Position numbers and translations under genes: made by a program. A DNA stretch of 64,000 bases from an uncultured Alphaproteobacteria bacterium (GTDB lineage: Bacteria; Pseudomonadota; Alphaproteobacteria; Rhizobiales; Xanthobacteraceae), in the NCBI GenBank assembly GCA_963742425.1, contig CAVULR010000003.1:23857-87856 (forward strand), in the 5' to 3' direction. Shown piece by piece: positions 53,770 to 62,031 of this stretch. Below the pieces are notes generated by a model that was given only the letters and a program-made list of their open reading frames with translations, made no database searches and was not told the DNA's origin. How positions within the stretch are numbered: the first letter of the stretch is position 1; the number at the start of each line of letters is the position of its first letter.

Positions 53770-54177
53770 TTACTCGATCACCTGAACGATGCGACGGGTG
53801 CCGGGATCGACCAGCACGGTGCGATCGTTCACGACCGTATAGCGATACTTGGTCACGCCGTATTCCCTGGGCACCTCATAGTAAGTCACGCCGCTCGAGG
53901 GCAGCTCCGCGCCAATCGCGACTTCCCTCTCATAGCGATAGGACGGAACTCTGCGCTCCGTCACGTAGCTGCGGAAGCGCGGACGGGTATCGTCGGCAAT
54001 ACCGCCAGCGATGGCGCCCACGCCTGCACCCACGGCAGCACCTACCGGTCCGCCAACAACCGCGCCGGTCACGGCCCCGGTCGTGGCGCCTGCTGCCGCA
54101 CCGCCCTGTGCGTGTGCAGTCATTGGAACTGCGAGGGTAGCGAGAAGTGCGGTTGCGGTCAGAATCTTGATATTCAT
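53770..54177 (-). CDS. DUF1236-like exported protein
   Basis: Signal peptide, glycine zipper, YRYTVVNDRTVLVDP-TRRIVQVI; GGAAC-N16-GGTT promoter at 54231..54207. Confidence 0.85.
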   Translation of the reverse strand: MNIKILTATALLATLAVPMTAHAQGGAAAGATTGAVTGAVVGGPVGAAVGAGVGAIAGGIADDTRPRFRSYVTERRVPSYRYEREVAIGAELPSSGVTYYEVPREYGVTKYRYTVVNDRTVLVDPGTRRIVQVIE

Positions 54178-54291
54178 GGAAATCCTCCATCGTTGCGGGA
54201 ATCGAGAACCGTGCAGATCGCCGATTGTTCCCTCAAGTCTGAAGGCAAACCCGGATCGTCAATTGCGATCAACGTGACCGCGCTCTGTTCT

Positions 54292-55359
54292 CTATTCTGC
54301 GCTGCTGACCAGCTTGATGCGCGGCTCTGCGGCTTGCATCAGGCTGCGATACGCAGCGAGATAATCAAGCGCCATGCGGCGCGCGGTGAAACGTGCCTCG
54401 AACTGCTTTCGGATCGCGGCGCGATCCAATTGGGCAAGCCGGCGGACTGCAGCGGCGGCGCCGATCCCGTCTTCGACAATAAATCCCGTCAAGCCTTCGT
54501 CGATGATCTCGGGAGCTGAACCGCGGTTGTAGGCGATGACAGGCGTGCCGCATGCCATGGCCTCGATCATGACAAGACCAAAGGGCTCCGGCCAATTGAT
54601 CGGCAACAAAAGCGCGGTTGCACCGCTGAGAAAATCCGATTTCTCATGATCGCCGATCTCGCCGACATATTCGACCAACGGGTGGTCCAGCAGTGGCCGA
54701 ATGATCTGATCGAAATACTCCTGATCGTGGCGATCGATCTTGGCCGCGATCTTGAGGGGAATTTCGCATCGCAGGGCGATCTTGATGGCCTGGTCGACGC
54801 CTTTTTCCGGCGCGATGCGACCAAGCACCGCGAGATAGGCCGGCGTGACAGGTTGTGGTGTCAGCAGATTTTCCGGCAATCCATGGTGGATGGTGCGAAC
54901 CCAGTTGGCTTGTGGCGCCGGGCGCCGCTGCGCGGTCGAAATCGAAATTACCGGGATCGAGGAGAATGTCGTGAAAACCGGCTGCAGTTCTGGCAGATCG
55001 AGCCTGCCATGCAAGGTGGTCAGAAATGGTGTCGGCTGCCGGGAAAACAACGAGAACGGATAGTAGTCCAGGTGAAAGTGCAGAAAATCAAATTCTTCAT
55101 CGTCGCATTTTTGCCGGACGCGCTCCAGCATGACCATATGCAACGCGTTGGGATCACTTACCGATCCATCGAGGCGAAGGGCCTTTGGCCAGGTCGATTC
55201 GAGTTTCGCGGAAGTTTTCGAATCACCACTGGCGAACAACGTCACATCGTGTCCAAGCGCGACCAGCTCCTCCGTAAGCCAGTGCACTACCCGCTCGGTG
55301 CCGCCGTATAATTTTGGCGGAACAGCCTCCGTCAGCGGGGCTATCTGCGCGATGCGCAT
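54292..55359 (-). CDS. Glycosyltransferase family 4
   Basis: MRIAQIAP, YGGTERVV, GRIAPEKG, EPFGLVMIEAMACG; GGAAC-N16-CGTT promoter at 55455..55431. Confidence 0.92.
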   Translation of the reverse strand: MRIAQIAPLTEAVPPKLYGGTERVVHWLTEELVALGHDVTLFASGDSKTSAKLESTWPKALRLDGSVSDPNALHMVMLERVRQKCDDEEFDFLHFHLDYYPFSLFSRQPTPFLTTLHGRLDLPELQPVFTTFSSIPVISISTAQRRPAPQANWVRTIHHGLPENLLTPQPVTPAYLAVLGRIAPEKGVDQAIKIALRCEIPLKIAAKIDRHDQEYFDQIIRPLLDHPLVEYVGEIGDHEKSDFLSGATALLLPINWPEPFGLVMIEAMACGTPVIAYNRGSAPEIIDEGLTGFIVEDGIGAAAAVRRLAQLDRAAIRKQFEARFTARRMALDYLAAYRSLMQAAEPRIKLVSSAE

Positions 55360-55585
55360 TGTCCTCGTACTCCTTGTATCCCTTGGAAAAGCCCCCGGCA
55401 TCAAGACAGGCATCGGGCCGTCGCAAAGGGAACGTTTGCTCAATTGCGAAGTTCCAACACTCTCCATTTTTTTTCGCAGTCGGGTCGCTCAAATGCTATT
55501 GCCTTGTAACAGCATTCCCCCGCAGGCGATTCCCGTCGTATGATGACGCGCGCCGTCGATTCACGCGCGATTTGAAAGGCAGCGA

Positions 55586-57793
55586 ATGAAGGGTTCGAAG
55601 TCAGCCAGCGCCAGGACCCAATCGGCGCTCGAGAACGTCGAGGTTTCGGAATCGCCGTTTTACATTCCAATGACCGGACCCGCGGCGAGACCGCGCCGTT
55701 CGCTTAAACATGACGATACTTTCATCGTTCTCGACAGCCATGGCGACATAGGCGCTTCCGCCGGCGGGCCCGATGGCCTGTTCAACCTCGATACACGCTA
55801 CCTCGCCCGGCTCGAACTGGTGCTGAACGGAGTGCAACCGCTGCTGTTGGGATCCAACTTGCGCGACGACAACTCGTCGCTGACCGTCGATCTCACAAAT
55901 CCGGATGTTTATCAGAACGGCCGCATCGTGCTGCACAAGGACGTGCTGCACATCGTGCGCACGATTTTTTTGTGGCGTGGCACGGCCTACCAGCGCATCG
56001 GCGTGCAGAACCACGGTGACCGCCCGACCAGTTTCGACCTGACGCTATTGTTCGACAACGATTTCGCCGATCTTTTCGAGGTCCGCGGTGAGACGCGGCC
56101 GCGTCGCGGCGTCCGGTCGAGCAAACTGCTTGGCCCTGCGGACGTCGCGCTGGAATATGTCGGACTGGACGGCAAGTCGCGCAGCGCCGCATTGCATTTT
56201 GAACCGCGGCCGACCCGGCTGGCGACAAATATTGCGAATTACCATCTCGACCTGGCACCCCAACAAACCACCTCGCTGTTCGTCGCGGCATCGTGCAACA
56301 AGCCGGCCGCGGACAAGCCTGCTCCATTCTTTCGGGGCTTGCTGGCGCACCGCCGGGAGACACGCCGGTCCACCGCCGGCGCCACAAGTATTGAAACCTC
56401 GAACAATATTTTCAACGAAGTGTTGTGCCAGTCGATGGCCGACCTCAACATGCTGATGACGGAAACCCCCCAGGGCAGATATCCCTATGCCGGCATTCCC
56501 TGGTATTCGACGACGTTCGGCCGCGATGGAATCATCACCGCGCTGCAAATGCTGTGGATCGATCCGCGCGTCGCGCGCGGCGTATTGAAGCGGCTCGCGT
56601 TCTATCAGGCCCGGGTGCTCGATCCGCTGACCGATGCGGAGCCCGGAAAAATCCTGCATGAAATGCGGGGCGGCGAGATGGCCTCGTTACGCGAGGTCCC
56701 GTTCGCGCAGTATTACGGCAGCGTCGATTCGACGCCGCTGTTCATATTGCTGGCAGGTCTCTACCTCGAGCGCACCGGAGACAGGGAGCTGCTTGAGGAG
56801 CTGTGGCCGGCCATCGAAGCGGCGTTGGGCTGGATCGATGGCGCCGGCGATCCCGACCGCGACGGCTTCGTCGAGTATCGTCGGGCATCCGAGCAGGGAT
56901 TGGCCAATCAGGGCTGGAAGGATTCCTACGACGCGATCTTCCATGCCGATGGCCGCCTTGCCGAAGGGTACATCGCGCTTGCCGAAGTGCAGGGCTATGT
57001 GTTCGCGGCCAAACAGCTGGCGGCGCGCTGCGCTTCATATTTGGGAAAGGTCGACCTGGGGCGGAAGCTGGAGGCCGAGGCACAGCAGCTCGCGAGGCGT
57101 TTCGAAGCGGCGTTTTGGTGTGACGAACTTGGAACCTATGCGCTCGCGCTCGACGGCGCAAAACAACCATGCAGGGTGCGCACCTCGAATGCCGGGCAAC
57201 TTTTGTTCACCGGGATCGTCGGCGAGGATCGCGCCCGAAGGGTTGCCGCCGATTTGATGCGGCCGCATTTCTTTACGGGCTGGGGTATTCGTACCGTGGC
57301 GCGCGGCGAGGCGCGCTACAATCCGATGTCCTATCATGATGGATCGATCTGGCCGCATGACAATGCGCTAATTGCCCTGGGTCTCGCCCGTTACGGCCTC
57401 AAGCACGCGGTCGAGTCTGTGTTCAAGGGTCTGTTCGACGCCGCCGCCTACATGGACCTACGGCGGCTCCCGGAATTGTTCTGCGGCTTTCAACGCGAAA
57501 AACGCCGCGGACCAACCTTGTACCCCGTGGCCTGCGCGCCGCAAGCGTGGGCCAGCGCGACGCCATTTACGCTGCTCGAAGCAGCGCTCGGTCTCGAATG
57601 CGACGCACAACGCGGCGAAATCCGTTTGCGTAATCCGCGGCTGCCGGCATTCCTCAACGAAGTCGTGCTGCGCGATATGCGATTGGGGCCCGCCAGCGTC
57701 GACCTCAGGGTTCGCCGCCACGGCGAGGATGTGTCGCTGGAAGTCTTGCGCACGCGCGGGCGGATCCAGGTATCGATCGTGCTGGCGCGTTGA
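55586..57793 (+). CDS. Amylo-alpha-1,6-glucosidase (glycogen debranching-like)
   Basis: AGIPWYSTTFGRD, EPGKILHE, YGSVDSTPLF, NQGWKDS, YHDGSIWPHD, RLPELFCG. Confidence 0.92.
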   Translation: MKGSKSASARTQSALENVEVSESPFYIPMTGPAARPRRSLKHDDTFIVLDSHGDIGASAGGPDGLFNLDTRYLARLELVLNGVQPLLLGSNLRDDNSSLTVDLTNPDVYQNGRIVLHKDVLHIVRTIFLWRGTAYQRIGVQNHGDRPTSFDLTLLFDNDFADLFEVRGETRPRRGVRSSKLLGPADVALEYVGLDGKSRSAALHFEPRPTRLATNIANYHLDLAPQQTTSLFVAASCNKPAADKPAPFFRGLLAHRRETRRSTAGATSIETSNNIFNEVLCQSMADLNMLMTETPQGRYPYAGIPWYSTTFGRDGIITALQMLWIDPRVARGVLKRLAFYQARVLDPLTDAEPGKILHEMRGGEMASLREVPFAQYYGSVDSTPLFILLAGLYLERTGDRELLEELWPAIEAALGWIDGAGDPDRDGFVEYRRASEQGLANQGWKDSYDAIFHADGRLAEGYIALAEVQGYVFAAKQLAARCASYLGKVDLGRKLEAEAQQLARRFEAAFWCDELGTYALALDGAKQPCRVRTSNAGQLLFTGIVGEDRARRVAADLMRPHFFTGWGIRTVARGEARYNPMSYHDGSIWPHDNALIALGLARYGLKHAVESVFKGLFDAAAYMDLRRLPELFCGFQREKRRGPTLYPVACAPQAWASATPFTLLEAALGLECDAQRGEIRLRNPRLPAFLNEVVLRDMRLGPASVDLRVRRHGEDVSLEVLRTRGRIQVSIVLAR

Positions 57794-57899
57794 GGCGATG
57801 GCCCGAAGCGGGCACGAGCCTGTTTTATCGCGAAAAAGCTATTCAGGCACGGAACACTCGCCAGAGGTCGCACGTTGAACACCGAACTGGGTGAGCAGC

Positions 57900-58085
57900 A
57901 TGGCGACGAAGCAAAACCTGCAGGTCGTGGAAACGGCGGTAAGCCGAAAGAACGAGACTGATCCGCCGGCATTGCTCGCGAGCATCAACAGCGGTCTTAT
58001 GATTTTGGCCTTTGGCGGCGCCTGGTTCGTGTTCCTGCAAGGGCTGACCGCTTTGGGACGCGTACTAAAGGTTTGGCCTTTTTAA
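57900..58085 (+). CDS. Small single-TM protein
   Basis: GGAAC-N17-CGTT promoter at 57851..57876; similar to the 58133 protein. Confidence 0.55.
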   Translation: MATKQNLQVVETAVSRKNETDPPALLASINSGLMILAFGGAWFVFLQGLTALGRVLKVWPF

Positions 58086-58132
58086 ATCGGAAATCCTTCG
58101 GTCGCCGAATAGAATACCAAAAAGGAGTGGCG

Positions 58133-58285
58133 ATGGCAGTTAAGAAACACGGCATAATCGTCGAAACACCCACCGAAGCGCGGCAGGCCGAACCCGGTCC
58201 GTCCGTGCTGGCGCTCCTGACGGTCAGCACCGGCCTTGCCGTGCTGATCCTGGCTTGCGTCTGGTACCTGTTCTTCCGAATTTGA
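58133..58285 (+). CDS. 50-aa single-TM protein
   Basis: AAGGAG RBS; ETPTEARQAE-GP motif then a TM helix. Confidence 0.75.
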   Translation: MAVKKHGIIVETPTEARQAEPGPSVLALLTVSTGLAVLILACVWYLFFRI

Positions 58286-58380
58286 CAGATATCCACCGAA
58301 TGATCGACCGCTAGTCTGCTTCGATGCGGCGCGTCGTATGCGCGGTCGATCAGCCCGCGGGATGTAAAGCGTTCTTCCCG

Positions 58381-58938
58381 TCAATTGTCACCGAAGAACC
58401 CAAAGCGCGGGCCAGCGTCCTGCGATACTTGCCGCAGCTCGCCATTGGCCTGCATCTGCCTTACGGCATTTGCTGCGGCCTGAATTTCCTGCTGCTTCCT
58501 GCGTTCGCGCCGCTGCTGGGCCCGCCGCTCCGCTTTCTTCAGATCGGCTTCTTTCTTCAACTCGGCCTCGCGGGCCTTCTTCGCATTGTCGACTTGGGAG
58601 CCGATATCGTCCTTGGCCACTACCGGCTGAGGTTGTGGCGCAACCGGCTGAGGCGCGGGCAGCGCGGCCTGGGACGATTCCGATTTCGGCGGGAGTGAAA
58701 TCACGCGGTCAGGAGCGGCCGTGGTTTCCGATGTTTCGGTTTTCGCCGCCGGCACGGAAGGAGCAATCGGCGTCTCGGTTTTTGCGGCGACCACAGGCGT
58801 GCTCGCGGCTACCCGCTCCACCCTGTTAGGTTCCAATCTCGGCGGCGTCGTAATCATGGCACCGCCTGCAAATCCAATCATGACGGCCGCGAACACGGTA
58901 CCGACGCCTGCAAAAAACGAAGTCGTGTTGAATGCCAT
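58381..58938 (-). CDS. Membrane-anchored Pro-rich/coiled-coil hypothetical protein
   Basis: GGAGA RBS; N-terminal TM; GGAAC-N16-CGTT promoter at 58987..58963. Confidence 0.75.
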   Translation of the reverse strand: MAFNTTSFFAGVGTVFAAVMIGFAGGAMITTPPRLEPNRVERVAASTPVVAAKTETPIAPSVPAAKTETSETTAAPDRVISLPPKSESSQAALPAPQPVAPQPQPVVAKDDIGSQVDNAKKAREAELKKEADLKKAERRAQQRRERRKQQEIQAAANAVRQMQANGELRQVSQDAGPRFGFFGDN

Positions 58939-59086
58939 TTGCGTTCTCCAACTTCGCAAGGCAACGCGGCGAGGGAGTCGGCGTTCCGAACTTTTGACTA
59001 TTTTCCGCCGCGCCAGAAAAGCGCGCTGGAACAAAGGAACAAATAGCAAGGGCCCTGATTGTCCTCGGCCATCCGGAGATGATCCA

Positions 59087-59551
59087 GTGAATAGAGTCAG
59101 CCTCGCCTGCGGGATCGTCATGAGCCTTGCTCCTGCGGCTGCCGTCGCCGGCACGACGGATTGGGCTACTTACCGGATCCCGAAAACCGGCGCCGCCGTC
59201 GAAATCCCCGTCGCTGTCTTCAGCGAAGACTCCGGATCGGAGGATGGCTTACGGCGGCATTTTTACACTGACGACCGTCGGGCGGATCTGACAGTGCAAT
59301 CGATTCCAAATCTGGCAAATGATTCGCCGGCCAGGTTCCTGGCGAAGAAGCGACCACCCTCAGGCATCGTCTACAAAAGAGTGACGCCAAGCTTCTTTGT
59401 GGTTTCGAGTTTCCGAAACGGGAAGATTTGGTACAATCGCTGCAACCGCGCCAACGACTATATGAATTGTGTTTTGATCAATTACCCCGCGGCGGAAAAG
59501 CGGCAGTGGGATGGCGTGGTCACGCGGATCAGCCGCACGCTAACTCCTTAG
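59087..59551 (+). CDS. Exported hypothetical protein
   Basis: GGAGA RBS with GTG start, signal peptide, FFVVSS...IWYNRCN...YP--EK--WD motif. Confidence 0.7.
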   Translation: MNRVSLACGIVMSLAPAAAVAGTTDWATYRIPKTGAAVEIPVAVFSEDSGSEDGLRRHFYTDDRRADLTVQSIPNLANDSPARFLAKKRPPSGIVYKRVTPSFFVVSSFRNGKIWYNRCNRANDYMNCVLINYPAAEKRQWDGVVTRISRTLTP

Positions 59552-59727
59552 CACCCGCGACTTTCCGGACCGTCTGTTCAAGAGAACTTCTGGCCACTAC
59601 CGGCACACCAATCCCTGACCTTCAGAACTTCGACGATGCGGCAAACTTACGCGGGTTCCGAAAAATGGAACCCGCTTTGACATGCCGCGTTCCAAGTCCA
59701 CGTTTTACTTTTGGCGTGGAGGCGTTC

Positions 59728-59838
59728 TTGAACCGCAGGCAATTCCTTGGAGTTTCGGCGTTGCCCGTCGTGTCCCTCGCGGTGCCCGGACTGGTGGAAC
59801 GCCGTTCGAAGGCGCCGGAAAAGCGGGTGGATGACTGA
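59728..59838 (+). CDS. 36-aa micropeptide with a twin-arginine motif
   Basis: GGAGG RBS with TTG start; MNRRQFLG; GGAAC-N16-CGTT promoter at 59667..59691. Confidence 0.45.
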   Translation: MNRRQFLGVSALPVVSLAVPGLVERRSKAPEKRVDD

Positions 59839-60006
59839 CCTGCGTTGGTCTTCGCGTTCCTGACCGACAAGAGGCGACCGGAAATTTTATCGATATTTCT
59901 CCTCTATATGAAAAATCCCTGCCGGCAATGCCGGCAGGGATTACGCAGAGAAGTTGACGGACGGCAAGATAGAGGCTTGGTGGCCCATCAAGGGTCTGCG
60001 CCTTGC

Positions 60007-60087
60007 CTAATGCACATGAACCAGGAAATAGCCGACGCCGCCGACAATAATGACGGCCGGAACAGCCCACAAAATCAAAACCGGCAT
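60007..60087 (-). CDS. 26-aa hydrophobic micropeptide (not in the ORF track)
   Basis: MPVLILWAVPAVIIVGGVGYFLVHVH; GAGGAG RBS; GGAAC-N17-CGTT promoter at 60142..60117. Confidence 0.7.
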   Translation of the reverse strand: MPVLILWAVPAVIIVGGVGYFLVHVH

Positions 60088-60306
60088 GATCAACTTCTCC
60101 TCTTCCACGAATAGGAAACGTGAGAGAGTTTGCAGTTGTTCCCGATTCCGAACGGGGAAAATCTGCGTCTCAAATGGAACTTTTCGAGTTGGTTCGATCC
60201 GCCTGTCGCGCGATCCCTGTCTCGAATCGAATGACGCTTCGGTCAGGCGGGTGATCGCAGGATGTCAGGGTTTAATGACTGACCCCGCGTGCCGCCAGCC
60301 AGCAAT

Positions 60307-60522
60307 CTACTGAGGCTTTTCCGCAAGGACCGAAAAGTCCTTCGACTTCTGCCCGTCCAGCGCCTCGCCAAATCCCTCGGCGGCGAGGCCGCGTTTGAGG
60401 AGCTCACGAATTGCAGCGGCTCTGCTCGGCATCCGCTTCGAGAAACGCCAGGTGTCAATGATCCGCAATTCCTCATCGGTGAGCATGATTTGCAGCCGCT
60501 CGGGCCTGCTGAGTTCGCCCAT
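60307..60522 (-). CDS. Small ribbon-helix-helix-like DNA-binding protein
   Basis: ERLQIML--EEL--ID-WRF--RMPSRAAAIRELL. Confidence 0.75.
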   Translation of the reverse strand: MGELSRPERLQIMLTDEELRIIDTWRFSKRMPSRAAAIRELLKRGLAAEGFGEALDGQKSKDFSVLAEKPQ

Positions 60523-60727
60523 GTTCGGATACCCCTCTGACCTGACTGACACTCCTAAAACGCATTACCATCAAAATTAGTTCCTTACTCATTAAACTCA
60601 TTTTTCTCTTTTAGCGAGCGAGTCCTAAAAGCCGCCTTTTATGCATCTAACATATTGAACTTATTATTGTTTTGTTGATCGACGATCAGATTGGGCGCAT
60701 CATGCTGCCGACGAAGGGAAGCGGAAA

Positions 60728-61385
60728 ATGACAGTTCTGATCGAATATAATGCCGGGGAGCTCAAGGCGGAGGCGGACCACCGGATAGCGAACAATTTGG
60801 CGAGCCTGGGCAGTGTTGTTCGGCTGCAGCGTGCCGGGATTGCCCGAGACCAGCAGACCTACACGACGAAACAGGTGTGCACGCTGCTCGACGATATCAG
60901 CGCACGCATCGAGGTCATGGCGAAGACTCCACAAGTCGTTGGCGACGGCCACCATCGGCAATGGAGTGAACCTCGGGGATTTCTTGCACGAGATTTGTGA
61001 GATGATCAGCACCCTCGGCTCGGCGGGCAGCATGGAACTGACGGTCGATCATTCATGCGAGGGCTACATCGATCCGCGCCACGCGCTCCACACCGGTCTG
61101 ATCATCGCCGAGCTGCTTACCAACGCGAGAAAGTATGCCCACCCGACTGGGTTGCCGGTGAAGGTCAACGTCCGCTGCGAGACGAGGTCGGATGGGTCGT
61201 TCATGGTGCAAGTCACCGATGACGGCGTCGGTTTCCCGGAGAAATTCGATCCGGAAACGGATGGAGGCCTGGGCTTTCAGCTCATGCGTGCATTGGCAAA
61301 CGGCCTTCAGGCAGAGCTTCAATTTGAGCACAACTGCCTTGGCGTGTGTGCCCGCATCGTCAAATCGAAGTACCTCGCATCCTGA
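60728..61385 (+). CDS. Sensor-less HisKA_2-type histidine kinase, apparent +1 frameshift near 60926
   Basis: EADHRIANNL in ORF 60728..61000; ELLTNARKYA, DDGVG and GLG in ORF 60813..61385. Confidence 0.78.
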
Positions 61386-61426
61386 GAATATCCGGATTGG
61401 AATTCGCAACACACGGGAGCCAAGAC

Positions 61427-61609
61427 ATGCAGGAATACCGCATTTACATCATCGGTTCGGACGGACACTTCCACAATTCGCTTCCATTGGAATGCGCCGA
61501 CGATGATACGGCCATCGAACGGGCAAGGCAGTTCGTTAACGGGCATGATGTGGAACTCTGGCAGCGCGACCGAAAAATAGCGCGGTTCGATCATAAACCA
61601 AAAGTGTAA
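61427..61609 (+). CDS. Small hypothetical protein
   Basis: GGGAG RBS; YRIY-I--DGH...C-DD--A...DVELWQ motif common in rhizobial small proteins. Confidence 0.7.
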   Translation: MQEYRIYIIGSDGHFHNSLPLECADDDTAIERARQFVNGHDVELWQRDRKIARFDHKPKV

Positions 61610-61662
61610 TTCGGATTGAACAATTGCGCCGCTCCTTCGTACTTATAAAAGGGAGTGTCGCG

Positions 61663-61857
61663 ATGACCGGAAACAACGATCGCAATGAACTGCAGCGGCG
61701 GCTGGAGCAAGCTCGGCGGATGGCCGGGGACCACCACGATCCGCTCACCAAAGAACGGCTTGGACTGTTGATCCGTGACCTCGAAGAACAACTCGGTGAC
61801 CGGAGTAAGACCGTCCCGGCCGGCAATCTCTCTCGATCCCAGCGATTTTTATCCTAG
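61663..61857 (+). CDS. Small helical hypothetical protein
   Basis: GGGAG RBS; L-RRLEQARR...D-LT-ERL--LI-DLEEQL. Confidence 0.65.
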   Translation: MTGNNDRNELQRRLEQARRMAGDHHDPLTKERLGLLIRDLEEQLGDRSKTVPAGNLSRSQRFLS

Positions 61858-62031
61858 CGATTTTTGCGACTCCTCCGCTCGCTTTTTTGAACGGGCGGGG
61901 ACCAGCGCGCGCCCGACCGGATGTGGAACCGGGAAGGCCCCGCGAGGCGATCGACTTCCAGCGCGAATCCGCGCTCTTCACCCTTACGTCTTTTGCGATA
62001 CAGTGAATTCCCAGGAGACGGGCGGGGAACA

